A DNA stretch of 64,000 nt from Polyangiales bacterium (GCA_964202905.1 CAXNJO010000005.1:341609-405608); one strand, 5' to 3'; counted from the stretch's first letter, positions 31,060 to 51,072 are shown. A program made the numbers and translations. Notes: a model not told the origin generated them from the letters alone.

Positions 31060-32224
31060 GTGCCGAGAACGCTGCGCGCCGACGATCTCCGCCCCATCTC
31101 GGCGCGCGGGCCCTTCCACACGTACGCAGGCACCTCGGGCGGAGAGCGCATCGTCGCGATCGTCGCGAGCGAGCGCCTCGCGCGCGCGGAAGCCGCGGAG
31201 GCGCTCGCAGCGATGGCCGCAGCGCACGCGGCGGCGGATCACCCGCGGGTCCCCGCGCCGCTCGGCCGCTGCCGGATCGAAGGCGCCGAGGCGCTCCTGC
31301 TGCGCTCGCAGCGCGGTCCTCGATCTCGCGACGGCGCTGGAAGGCACGGCAGCGCTCGGCCGCAAGGTTCCCTACCGCGCCGCGGCGGCGTTCATCACCG
31401 GCCTCCATGAACTCCTCGAGGCCCGAGCCGTGCCCGGGATCTCCACACGCTCGATCCTCATCGACGACGACGGACAGTGGGAGTTCGTCGGCCTCGGACG
31501 CGGTGTGTTCGTCGACCCGACGAGCGGGATGTCGGTCGAGGGCGTCGTGGCCCCCGAGGTCGCGGCCGGCGCTCCACCCGACACGCGCAGCAACACGTGG
31601 GTCGGGTCGTCGTTCCTTCGTTCGCTGATCGGATACGTCGCGCTCCACCCACGCGTCGCCGCTGCGCTCCGCGGCGAGGTCGACCGCGCGGACGCGCTCG
31701 TGATGAGCGGCCTGATCTTCGCCAACCTGCGGGTGCTCGGCGCGCTGCCGCATGATCGCCCGCACCCGAAGGACGGACTGCGCGAGTTTCAGCGCGTGTG
31801 GGCGCACCTCGGCGTCGAGCCCGACGAGGCGCTGCTCGCCGCGACCATGCGGGAGCTCGTGTCGAGCGAGCACGTCGCCGATGCGGCCGAGGACCTGCAC
31901 GCTGGCACCCACTGGATCGCCGAGGACGGCAGCTGGGTCGAGCCAGGTGACGGCTCCCGACACGTCCTCCGCTCACGCAGCGCGCTGCGGCGCGTCCTCG
32001 CGAGCCTCGTCACGGACCTGCGGACGGTGCGCGTCGGGCTCGATCTGCAAGCGATCCTCGCCGTCGGCTGGCCCGGAGAGCGGCCCCTCCCCGAGGCGGG
32101 CGCGAACCGTGTCTACGTCGCGCTCTCCCACCTCCGCAAGGCGGGCCTCGACACCGTTCTCGAGCGCCGCGACAGCCGCTGGCGGCTCTCCCCGCGGGCG
32201 CCGATCACCCTGGTGGCTCCCTGA
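31060..32224 (+). CDS. Pseudokinase-fold domain fused to a C-terminal OmpR-type winged-helix DNA-binding domain; frameshift ~31310
   Basis: DHPRVP, SILIDDDGQWEFVGLG and VAPEV...DTRSNTW kinase remnants; GWPGERPLPEAGANRVYVALSHLRK wHTH. Confidence 0.65.
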
Positions 32225-32996
32225 CCGAGGCCGCATCGCACGCGAGACGCAGAAAGGCTTCGACGTTGCCCTCCGGCCCGGGGAGCACGCTGTCGCAGCG
32301 GTCGCGCACACCGAGGCCGAGCGCGCGCGCCGCGTTCTCGACGGCGCGGATCGCGTCCTCGCGCACCGCGGGATCGCGGACGACGCCGCGCTTGCCGAGC
32401 TTGCCGCGGCCGACCTCGAACTGGGGCTTCACCATCGCGACGACCTCGCCCCCGGGCGCGTCGGGCCCGCCCGCGCGGAGCAGGGCCTGCGCCGCAGGCA
32501 GGAGCTTCGCGAGCGAGATGAAGCTCGCGTCGATGACGACGAGGTCGAGCGGCTCGGGCAGCGCGCCCGCCGAGAGATTGCGCGCGTTGGTGCGCTCCAT
32601 GACGACGACGCGCGGGTCGCTGCGCAGGCTCGCGTGCAGCTGCCCGTAACCGACGTCGATCGCGTAGACCCGCGCCGCGCCGCGGCGGAGGAGACAATCG
32701 GTGAAGCCGCCCGTCGACGCGCCGAAGTCCGCGCAGACGAGGCCGCGCGCCTCGAGTGCGAAGGCATCGAGCGCGCCCGCGAGCTTCACGCCGCCGCGCG
32801 AGACGTAGTCGTGATCGCGGCCGCGCACGGTGAGCGCGCAGTCGGCCGGGAGCGTGTCGCCGGCCTTCTCGACGCGGCGCTCGCCCACGTAGACGACGCC
32901 CGCGAGCACGAGCGCGCGCGCCTTCTCGCGGCTCGGCGCGAGGCCGCGAGCCACGAGGAGCACGTCGACGCGCTCCTTGCCGGGCCCGGCGCTCAC
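32205..32996 (-). CDS. tlyA: TlyA family rRNA methyltransferase
   Basis: YVSRGGVKL, DFGASTGGFTDCL, DVGYGQL, DASFISL, KPQFE. Confidence 0.95.
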   Translation of the reverse strand: MSAGPGKERVDVLLVARGLAPSREKARALVLAGVVYVGERRVEKAGDTLPADCALTVRGRDHDYVSRGGVKLAGALDAFALEARGLVCADFGASTGGFTDCLLRRGAARVYAIDVGYGQLHASLRSDPRVVVMERTNARNLSAGALPEPLDLVVIDASFISLAKLLPAAQALLRAGGPDAPGGEVVAMVKPQFEVGRGKLGKRGVVRDPAVREDAIRAVENAARALGLGVRDRCDSVLPGPEGNVEAFLRLACDAASVREPPG

Positions 32997-33922
32997 GGGA
33001 TCACCGCCGCCGGGTGGAGCAGCCGCGCGAGCACCGCGACGCCCTCGGCGACGCGCGGGCCCGGACGCAGCACGCGCGCGTCTTCGAAGCGCAGCACGCG
33101 CCCGTCGCGCACCGCCGGGATGGCCGGGTAGCGCGCCCAGTCGAAGTCGCCGTCGCCGCCTGCGGCCATGCCCGCCTCGAGGATGACGTCCGGCGCGAGC
33201 GCGAGCACCCGCTCGACGCCGATCGTCGGATACGCCGGGCCGCTCGTGACGACGTTCTCCGCGCCCGCCGCGCGCAGCATCTCATCCGCGAAGGTGCCCG
33301 GCCCCGCGACCGACAACGGACGCCGCCCGAAGACCAGCAGCGCCCGCGGACGGCGCGCACCGCCGAGCGCGGCCGCGATCGCCGCGAGCTGCGCATCGAT
33401 CCGCGCGACGACGGCCTCGGCCGCCGCGGCGCGCCGCGTCTTCGCGCCGAGCCCGCGAATCGCCGCACGCACGTCCGCGAGGGACGCATCGGGGGGGAAG
33501 TAGGACGCCACGCCGTGCGCCGAGAGCCGCTCGACGGTGCCGCGGTTCGCGGGGCCGCGCGCGCCCGTGACGAGCGTGGGCCGCAGCGCGAGCACGGCCT
33601 CGAGCGACGGGTCGTTGAAGCCGCCGATGCGCGGCAGCCGCGCGACCGCCGCGGGGTGATCGCAGAAGCGGCTCACGCCGACGACCTCCGGCCCGGCGCC
33701 GATCGCGAAGAGGGTCTCGGTCGTGCTCGGCGCGAGCGAGACGAGGCGCGCGGCCTGATCCGCGCCGGGGCCGCTCGCGCCTGCGGCGCTCGAACCAGCG
33801 GCGCTCGATGCTGCGCCGCTCGCGCCTGCGCCGCGCCCCGTCGACGATTCGCCGCCCGAGCGACCACATCCGGCCAGCACGAGCGCGCCGCACAAGGCGA
33901 GCCAGGACGCGGCCCGCGCCAC
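32993..33922 (-). CDS. btuF: Helical-backbone metal/cobalamin ABC substrate-binding lipoprotein (BtuF-like)
   Basis: LAGC lipobox; RLVSLAPSTTETLFAIG, VGVSRFCDHP, LRPGPR. Confidence 0.82.
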   Translation of the reverse strand: MARAASWLALCGALVLAGCGRSGGESSTGRGAGASGAASSAAGSSAAGASGPGADQAARLVSLAPSTTETLFAIGAGPEVVGVSRFCDHPAAVARLPRIGGFNDPSLEAVLALRPTLVTGARGPANRGTVERLSAHGVASYFPPDASLADVRAAIRGLGAKTRRAAAAEAVVARIDAQLAAIAAALGGARRPRALLVFGRRPLSVAGPGTFADEMLRAAGAENVVTSGPAYPTIGVERVLALAPDVILEAGMAAGGDGDFDWARYPAIPAVRDGRVLRFEDARVLRPGPRVAEGVAVLARLLHPAAVIP

Positions 33923-33935
33923 ACCGCCCAAACGC

Positions 33936-33981
33936 CATTCAATTGCAGATGCATCCAGATGGACGTTGCGCACGCCGTCAA
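33936..33981 (-). promoter_or_regulatory. Putative promoter/operator of btuF-tlyA
   Basis: TTGACG (33981-33976) followed by an AT-rich block with overlapping palindromes CATCCAGATG, GATGCATC and CAATTG. Confidence 0.35.
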
Positions 33982-34085
33982 CCGGACGCCGCACGCGGCC
34001 GCGCGGTGCGACACCGTTCACGGCCGCGACCGACCCCTGCGCCGCGCGCGCGGACGACACCGACCCGTCTCCGCGCGCCGCGGGC

Positions 34086-34730
34086 TCAGAAGGGGATGTC
34101 GTCGCCGCCCCCGCCGCCCCCGCCCCCGCCGCCGAAGTCGTCGGGCGGGAAGTCGTCGGCGAACTCCTCGCCGCCGCTCGAACCGCCGCCACCGGGTGCG
34201 CCGCCGCCGGAGCCGCCGCCGGAGCCGCCGCCGCGTCCACCGCCGCCGCCGCCACCGCCACGACCGCCGTAGCCGCCGCCGCCGCCGCCGCCCTCGCCGC
34301 GGCCGCCGTAGCCGCCGCCCTCACCGCGGCCCCCGCCCCCACCACCCGAGCCACCGGCACCCGAGCCGCCGGCACCCGAGCCGCCGCCCTCGCCGCGACC
34401 CCCGCCGAGCAGGAGCACGTTGGTGGCGACGACCTCCGTCGTGGAGCGCTTGCCGCCGTCCTTGTCCTCCCACTGGCGCGTCTGCAGGCGCCCCTCGACG
34501 CCGATGGAGCGGCCCTTCGAGAGGATCTTGTTGAGCGCCTCGGCGCGGTTGCCCCACACGACGACCGTGTGCCACTCGACGCGCTCTTGGCGCTGCTTGT
34601 TCTTGTCGACGTACGTCTCGGTGGTCGCCATGCGCAACCGCAGCACGGCGCCCCCGCCCTGCGTGTACTTGAGCTCGGGATCCATTCCGAGATTTCCGAT
34701 CAGGATGACCTTGTTCAGACCTTCGGCCAT
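34086..34730 (-). CDS. ssb: Single-stranded DNA-binding protein
   Basis: NKVILIGNLG.DPE, EWHTV, VEGRLQTR, Gly-rich tail ending DDIPF. Confidence 0.97.
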   Translation of the reverse strand: MAEGLNKVILIGNLGMDPELKYTQGGGAVLRLRMATTETYVDKNKQRQERVEWHTVVVWGNRAEALNKILSKGRSIGVEGRLQTRQWEDKDGGKRSTTEVVATNVLLLGGGRGEGGGSGAGGSGAGGSGGGGGGRGEGGGYGGRGEGGGGGGGYGGRGGGGGGGGRGGGSGGGSGGGAPGGGGSSGGEEFADDFPPDDFGGGGGGGGGGDDIPF

Positions 34731-34829
34731 GGGCGTCTCGCTCGTTGCAGGGGTGGGTGCGGCAGGCGACTGCGGCAGGGGGTGCGGGGGACGAAAGGGG
34801 CGCGACGATACGCTCGCCCCGCCGGCAGT

Positions 34830-36164
34830 TCAACGAGACGCACGCCCCTGCGCGGGACTGACAGCCTTCGCGCCGGACGCAGCCGCGCGTGTCGCCTGCG
34901 CCTCGCGCCGCTCCTCCGCGCGAATCGTCGCGGCCAGCTCGTCGACGAGGCGCGCGCGCTCGCGCTCCCAGGTGTGCGGCCCGACCTGCCCGCCCGCGCG
35001 CTGCGACTCGAGCGACGCGAGCGCGGCGAGCAACGCCTCCTTGCGGGACGCGAGCGCGTCGCCGCTCTGCGCGGCCCCGGCGCGGAAGGCCCCGATCCCG
35101 CCGGCGAGCGCGAGCACGAGCGCGCCGAGCGACGCGATCCAGCGCAGCGGCCCCGGCGTCGGGAGTCCCGAGAAACGCGCGCGCACGGCGATGAGCGGCG
35201 GGTCTGCGGGGGTGCGCTCGAGCTGCGAGAGAAACACGCGCCGCCCGTCGTTCTCGACGACCTCCGTCGCGCTGAAGCGCGACACGGGCGTGCCGTCGGC
35301 GCGCGCCCCGCGCGTCACCGCCTCGACCGCGAGCGACGCCCCCTCGGGCGCGTCGCTGAGCACGCGGAAGAGGTACGTGCGGAACGGCACGGGCACCTCG
35401 ACCGTCTGCGACGTACCCGCGAGCGGGAGGTCGTAGGCCCACGAGAGTTGCACCGCGCCCGGGGGCAGCGAGCCCGTGAGCCGGTATCCGCGCGCGTCGC
35501 CGAGCAGCTTCTGGTCGGTCATCACGGGCTCCGTCTGCGGCGCCGTGAAGCCCTCGGGCAGGGGGATCGCGAGGCCCTCGGGCGGGAAGACGTACGTCTC
35601 TTCCCCGAGGTTCATGAGCTGCGCGCGCTGCGAGGCGTGCAGGCGCCCCTCACGCAGCTCGAGCGCGAGCTCGCCGCGCACGAGGAGCACGGCGCCTGGA
35701 TCGCGCGTCGTCGGCAGGCGGATCAGCTGCACGTCGTAGCCCTGATCCTCGGGGAGGCGGAACGGGTTCGACCCGTAGTTCGCGCCCTCGTGCGGGAGGT
35801 TCACGCGGTAGGCCTGCACCGCGCCCGTCGGCAGCCCGGCGAAGATCGCGACGCCGCCCGCGTCGGTGCGGCGCAGCACGCGCTCACGGCGTCCCTCCGC
35901 GCCCATCGTGCCGATGTTCACCTCGGCCCCGGCGACGGGCGCGCCCGAGGGCTCGACCACGCGCACGCGGATGCTCCCGACGGGCACCTCCGGGCTCGGT
36001 GCGGCGGTCGCGAGCTGGCGCTCTCGCGACGGCGCGCCCGGCACCCCGGCGTGCGGATCGCCCTGCCCCGGCAGCGCATCCTGCGCGCGCAGCGGGCCCG
36101 CGAAAGAGAGCGTCAGCGCGAGCGCGAGCGGTGGCCAACACCGCAGAAAACGGCTCGTGCGCAT
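34830..36164 (-). CDS. Exported carboxypeptidase-regulatory-like domain protein with C-terminal TM and CcmI-N-like helix
   Basis: Signal peptide ...LRAQ; G.PVAGAEV, TDAGG.A.F; TM then KEALLAALASLE...G. Confidence 0.65.
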   Translation of the reverse strand: MRTSRFLRCWPPLALALTLSFAGPLRAQDALPGQGDPHAGVPGAPSRERQLATAAPSPEVPVGSIRVRVVEPSGAPVAGAEVNIGTMGAEGRRERVLRRTDAGGVAIFAGLPTGAVQAYRVNLPHEGANYGSNPFRLPEDQGYDVQLIRLPTTRDPGAVLLVRGELALELREGRLHASQRAQLMNLGEETYVFPPEGLAIPLPEGFTAPQTEPVMTDQKLLGDARGYRLTGSLPPGAVQLSWAYDLPLAGTSQTVEVPVPFRTYLFRVLSDAPEGASLAVEAVTRGARADGTPVSRFSATEVVENDGRRVFLSQLERTPADPPLIAVRARFSGLPTPGPLRWIASLGALVLALAGGIGAFRAGAAQSGDALASRKEALLAALASLESQRAGGQVGPHTWERERARLVDELAATIRAEERREAQATRAAASGAKAVSPAQGRASR

Positions 36165-36178
36165 GGACTTGCGCGCGT

Positions 36179-36856
36179 TCACGCGCCGCCCTCCGCGTCG
36201 CCGGACACGCCGGGGGACGCGAGCGGCGCCGCGCACTTCTTGCAAAACACGGCGTCGGGCTCGTTGAGCGCGCCGCAGCGCGCGCAGCGCAACCGCGCGG
36301 CGCCCCCGCCCGCCGCAGCGTCTTTCGCGGACGCGTCGCCCGCGGCGTTGTTCTTCGGCGCAGCGTCCTTCGACGCAGCGTCCTTCGGTGCGTCGTCCTT
36401 GGCGGTGTCGGCCTGCGCCGTGTCCGCCTGCGCCGTGTCCGCCTGCGCCGTGTCCGCCTGCGCCGTGTCGGCCTGCGCCGTGTCCGCCTGCGCCGCGGCG
36501 CCCGCCCCGCCCGACGCGGGGACGCGCGTCCGCGCGAGCTGCTCGGCCTTCTCGCGCCACGGCCCGAGGTCGCGGTCGAGCTCCGCGAGCACGGACTTCG
36601 CGCGGGCGCGGTACGAGGCCTCGAGGCGCGCGTGATCGGCCTCGCTCACCTTGCCCAAGGCGCGCTCGAACTCGAGGTCCTTCAGCCCGCGCAGCAGCGC
36701 GCCCTTCTCGTCGAGCAGCGCGGCGCGGTCGCCGCCGACGGCCGCCGCGACCTCGTCGACGCCGCGCCCGAAGAGCGCGCGCACGCTCTGCCAGAAGGCG
36801 AAGAGCGCGAGCACGAGCATGAGCGAGGCCGCGGTCAGAAAGACGATGGGCAGCAT
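36179..36856 (-). CDS. Membrane-anchored zinc-ribbon protein with CcmI-N-like motif
   Basis: N-terminal TM; LKDLEFERALGKVSEAD; C-terminal CARCG...FCKKC. Confidence 0.72.
   Translation of the reverse strand: MLPIVFLTAASLMLVLALFAFWQSVRALFGRGVDEVAAAVGGDRAALLDEKGALLRGLKDLEFERALGKVSEADHARLEASYRARAKSVLAELDRDLGPWREKAEQLARTRVPASGGAGAAAQADTAQADTAQADTAQADTAQADTAQADTAKDDAPKDAASKDAAPKNNAAGDASAKDAAAGGGAARLRCARCGALNEPDAVFCKKCAAPLASPGVSGDAEGGA
36405..36494. repeat. In-frame 15-bp tandem repeat x6 (AQADT)
   Basis: GTGTC(C/G)GCCTGCGCC six times; adjacent degenerate KDAAx 15-bp units. Confidence 0.92.
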
Positions 36857-36865
36857 GGCGTCGCG

Positions 36866-39469
<2,604 letters not shown>

Positions 39470-39642
39470 GCGCCCGCGCGAGCCTAGGTCCCGTGAGACC
39501 CCGTCGCAAGCGCCCGAAACAGCGAGAAAATCCGGCCCGGAGCCCCCGCGCGTCCGAGCTTCCGACGCGCCGCGGCGCGCGTGCGCGCCTGCGTCCGCCC
39601 CCCCCCTCGACCGGCGCGCAGCCCGTGTGCGAACCTCGCGCG

Positions 39643-40479
39643 ATGACACGCGGCCTCTCGCTGCTCGCGCTCACCGCGCTCCTCGGCGGCTGCGGCACGA
39701 ACCTCTCGACGCTCACCCCCGCCGAGACCACACCCGCCGGGCACGTCCGCGTCGCGACCGGCGTCGGCGTGAGCGTGCCGACGGGCGGCCTCTCGGGCCT
39801 GATCGACGCCGGCGAGACGGTCGCGAAGCGCGCCGCCGATGGCGCGATGCTCACCGACGCCGAGCGCGAGGAGCTCTTCGGCGCGACGCTCGCGGGCCTG
39901 CTCGCGCTGCCGAGCGTGAACCCCGAGTTGCAGGCGCGCGTGGGCCTGCACGAGCGCGTCGATCTCGGCCTGCGCCTCGGCGCGGGCAGCGTGCGCCTCG
40001 ACAGCCGCGTGAACCTCACGACGCCGAGCACCGCGCGCGACGGGCGCCTCGCCATCAGCATCGGCCTCGGCCTCGGCTACTACGCCTTCGCGATCCCGCT
40101 GCCGAGCTTCGCCGAAGACGTCGTGAAGGCCGACGACTACACCCGCTACGAGCTCGACGTGCCGCTGCTCTTCGGCTGGAGCACGGACATCTGGCGCGTC
40201 TGGGTCGGACCGAAGCTCGTCTTCACCTCGTACGACGTCGCGCTCCGCCTCATCGCGCCCGCGGAGACGGCGCTCGCCAACGCGAGCGGCACGCAGACCT
40301 TCCTCGCCGCGCAGGCGGGTGCCGCGCTCGGCTTCCGCTACGGCTGGATCGTGCTCGAGCTGACCGCCTCGTACGGCCTCGGCGGCGCCGACGTGAACAT
40401 CATCGATCAGGCCACACGCAGGGTCTCGACCAACGACTTCATCATCTATCCCACGGTGGGATTGCTGCTCGAGATCTGA
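39643..40479 (+). CDS. Putative outer-membrane lipoprotein/beta-barrel of unknown function
   Basis: LLGGC lipobox; alternating beta-strand pattern. Confidence 0.6.
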   Translation: MTRGLSLLALTALLGGCGTNLSTLTPAETTPAGHVRVATGVGVSVPTGGLSGLIDAGETVAKRAADGAMLTDAEREELFGATLAGLLALPSVNPELQARVGLHERVDLGLRLGAGSVRLDSRVNLTTPSTARDGRLAISIGLGLGYYAFAIPLPSFAEDVVKADDYTRYELDVPLLFGWSTDIWRVWVGPKLVFTSYDVALRLIAPAETALANASGTQTFLAAQAGAALGFRYGWIVLELTASYGLGGADVNIIDQATRRVSTNDFIIYPTVGLLLEI

Positions 40480-40484
40480 AGCAC

Positions 40485-40541
40485 GTCACGGCCCCCTCAG
40501 GTCACGGCCCCTCACGTCACGGCCCGTCACATCACGGCCCC
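40485..40541. repeat. Intergenic tandem repeat, 4 x 15-16 bp (core TCACGGCCC)
   Basis: Units start at 40485, 40501, 40516 and 40531. Confidence 0.85.
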
Positions 40542-40565
40542 GTCGCGTCGGTTCACGACGGGGCC
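40536..40565. terminator. GC hairpin between convergent genes
   Basis: GGCCCCGTCG-N10-CGACGGGGCC; no U tract. Confidence 0.45.
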
Positions 40566-40595
40566 GACGCGGACCATCGCGGTGCGGTGTTCGCC

Positions 40596-42505
40596 TCAGA
40601 TGAGCACGACCGTGATCTGCTCGAGGTTGAGGCCGCCCGGATACGCGTACGACGTGTACTGCCCGAGGCCGTAGACGATGATGCCGAAGGCCTCGGCGCC
40701 GCGCATCGTGTGGGTGCCGCCGTTGACGGGGACGATGCCGAGCTCGCGGCCGCCCACGTTGCTCCACGTCGTCGTGACGGGGGCGCCGTCGAGGATCACC
40801 TCGAGACCGGGCGGGCGTGAGATGAGCACGTAGGACTGACCCATCGGTGCCTCGCGTTGTAGGAGCTCGGCGTGATGAAGGTGTAGTCGGTGCGGTACTG
40901 CTCGCGCGGCACGAGCACCGTCATCCCCGGATCGCCGCGCGCGGCGGGCGGGTCGGTGACGTTCTGGCCGAGCAGGAACTGCGCGACCTGGATGGCCCGG
41001 TCGCTCGTGACCTCGAAGGGGCTCGCCGTGAGGAACTGGACCCAATCGCCCGCGGCGAGCGTGGCCGTCGAGATCCCGCCCTGCGGCGGATTCACGTTGA
41101 TCGTGGTGCCGTCGAAGGCGGCGACGACGCGGACGAGGTTCTGGCCGCGGCTGCCCGGGTCGACCATCGGCATGCTCGCGAAGTTGCGGCCCCACGTCTG
41201 GATGGGCGCGAGCTGCGTCTCGAGGTGGTCGCAGGCCTGCGCGTTGTAGGGCACGTACGCGCACACGTGCCCGCCGAACACGACGACGGGCGCGGCCGCG
41301 GTCACGCGGGAGCCCGTGAGGTCGAAGCCGACCTCCTCGCAGGTGTCGAAGCGCGAGCAGCCGAAGGGCGTGCAGTCGTCCTCGACGCTGTTGTAGTTCG
41401 GACGCGTGGAGTTGCAGTCGGGCGGGGCCGCGGCGACGACGTGCGCCACCTCGCCGCGCGCGAGCGTGAACGAGATCGTCTCGCCGCGACGCGCCCCCGC
41501 CCAGCGGCCGCCCGCGTCGGCGGCGACGTTCGCGCTCAGCGCGATCCGCACCTCGGTGGGCGCCGGCGTCACGCCCACGACCGCGAGGTAGCCGGGGATC
41601 TTCAGGGAACTCCCGCCGCCGATCGGGCTGGTCGTCGTGCGCGAGAGGGGCACGTAGCTCGCGCCCACGTAGTCGCCGGTGAGCACGTGCTGCGGCAGGA
41701 GCAGCGTCGCGTCGTTCGTGTAGGAGAACGTCCCGCCGCTCTCGTACTCGAAGGGGTTGAACTGCGTCACCGCGACCGGCGCCGTCGAGGTGAGCCGGTA
41801 CGCGCCGTTCGCGACGGCGAAGCTCGACCAGCGGTTGGTCGGCACGTTGAACGACTGCCCGTCGACCCAGTCGAGCGAGATCTCGGCGAGGTCGCCCGGC
41901 GCGATGGTGCGCGAGGTCACCATGACACCACCACGCGCGATGGTGACGACGGCGGGCTCCATGCCGGGGTTCACGACGACGACGCGGTAGTCGAAGAGCG
42001 ACGCGTCGAGCTCGGCGGTGTTCGCGAGCGGCGTCGGCCAGTACTCGCAGCCGGTGTTCGACTTCGCGGATTCGGCGCGCCCGCACGCGTCGTCGCAGAA
42101 GCCGTCGCCGCCGCACGCGGAGCCCCACTCCGCGCAGTCGCGTCCGTACTGCCAGGCGGTGCCGTCGGCGCGGCACGCGCGCGACACGGTGCCCTCGCAG
42201 GAGCGCGTGCCGGGGCGGCAGAAGACGCAGCCGAGGCCCGGATCGCAGGCGCTGTCGCAGGCGATCTCGCCGGTGCGCGTGCGGCCGTCGGCGCCGCAGA
42301 CGTAGTAGGTGTTGCCGAAGCAGCCCGCCTGCGTCGGCGCGCAGCTGAAGCCGCCGCCGCCATCACCGGGCGGGGGCGGGGGCGGCGCGCCGTCGCGCAC
42401 ACCGCCATCGCCACGGGAGGGACGGCGGGTGTCGTCGCCGCACGCCACGAAGAGCGGCAGCGCGAGGACGAGGAAGAGACACGAGCGAAGCAGCGACGAC
42501 GACAT
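40596..42505 (-). CDS. IgGFc-binding-protein-like lipoprotein; frameshift ~40845-40855
   Basis: FVAC lipobox; SNTGCEYW, QFNPF, SYTNDATLLLP, CDHLETQL.P..TWG, GDPGM, SYAYPGG. Confidence 0.85.
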
Positions 42506-42594
42506 GCGAAAACTCCCGGGCACGCACGTCGCGCACCCGGGAGCCACGCTATCACGCGTCGCGTGCGCGCCAAGCGCGCGTCACGCCCACCCGC

Positions 42595-48779
<6,185 letters not shown>

Positions 48780-48900
48780 GGTGACCGGAGAGTGGTCGCG
48801 CACACGCACGCATCCTGTACGGGACGATCATCGACCGCCGATTTCGCCGCAGCCCGCACACCTCCGCACGGCGCCACCGCGCCCCACGAGGCCAGCGCGG

Positions 48901-48967
48901 CGCGCGCAGACATCGCGTTTCACGCGCAGACATCGCGTTTCACGCGCAGACATCGCGTTTCACGCGC
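48901..48967. repeat. 20-bp tandem repeat x3.3 with internal palindrome
   Basis: CACGCGCAGACATCGCGTTT units without spacers; each contains ACGCG-N7-CGCGT. Confidence 0.92.
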
Positions 48968-49011
48968 GGCCGTCATGCCCACGGAAACCGAGGCACCCGG
49001 ATGCCCACACC

Positions 49012-49067
49012 CCAGACGCCGATATCCCCAGACGCGGATTCGTCCAGACGCGCATCCCCCCAGACGC
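49012..49067. repeat. CCAGACGC x4 at an exact 16-bp period
   Basis: Copies at 49012, 49028, 49044 and 49060 with variable 8-nt linkers. Confidence 0.85.
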
Positions 49068-49100
49068 ACGCGCGCACCGCCTCGCGCCGGAAACACGAAC

Positions 49101-49127
49101 GCCCCGCGAGCCGTGACTCGCGAGGCG
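49101..49127 (-). terminator. Probable dnaK terminator hairpin
   Basis: GCCCCGCGAG-CCGTGA-CTCGCGAGGC imperfect stem about 40 nt after the dnaK stop, followed on the minus strand by GTTCGTGTTT. Confidence 0.5.
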
Positions 49128-49167
49128 CCGTGTGTACGTCTCCGCGCTCGCGGAGCGCGCGGACGCT

Positions 49168-51072
<1,905 letters not shown>

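Noticed and set aside
29966..32224. Single 752-aa lipoprotein-regulator fusion
   Set aside because: The middle of this frame is Arg/Ser-rich nonsense, while a coherent N-terminus with its own -10 element starts at 31060 in another frame; better read as two genes with indels.
22574..32224. Prophage or integrative element at tRNA-Gln
   Set aside because: No integrase, transposase or phage gene and no duplicated tRNA 3' end noticed; kept only as a weak islet hypothesis.
33923..34085. Cobalamin riboswitch upstream of btuF
   Set aside because: The region is short and I could not find the conserved core motifs by eye; an Infernal scan would be decisive.
34100..34410. GCC/CCG-rich repeats as a non-coding element
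   Set aside because: They encode the ordinary Gly-rich SSB linker; the tract at ~5200-5250 likewise encodes the TonB poly-Pro segment.
40485..40541. Possible mini-CRISPR or iteron set
   Set aside because: Period is 15-16 bp with no spacers, and no rep or cas gene is nearby.
48901..49067. Possible CRISPR array
   Set aside because: Units are directly adjacent or separated by only 8 nt, there are no unique 25-45 bp spacers, and no cas genes are in the window.
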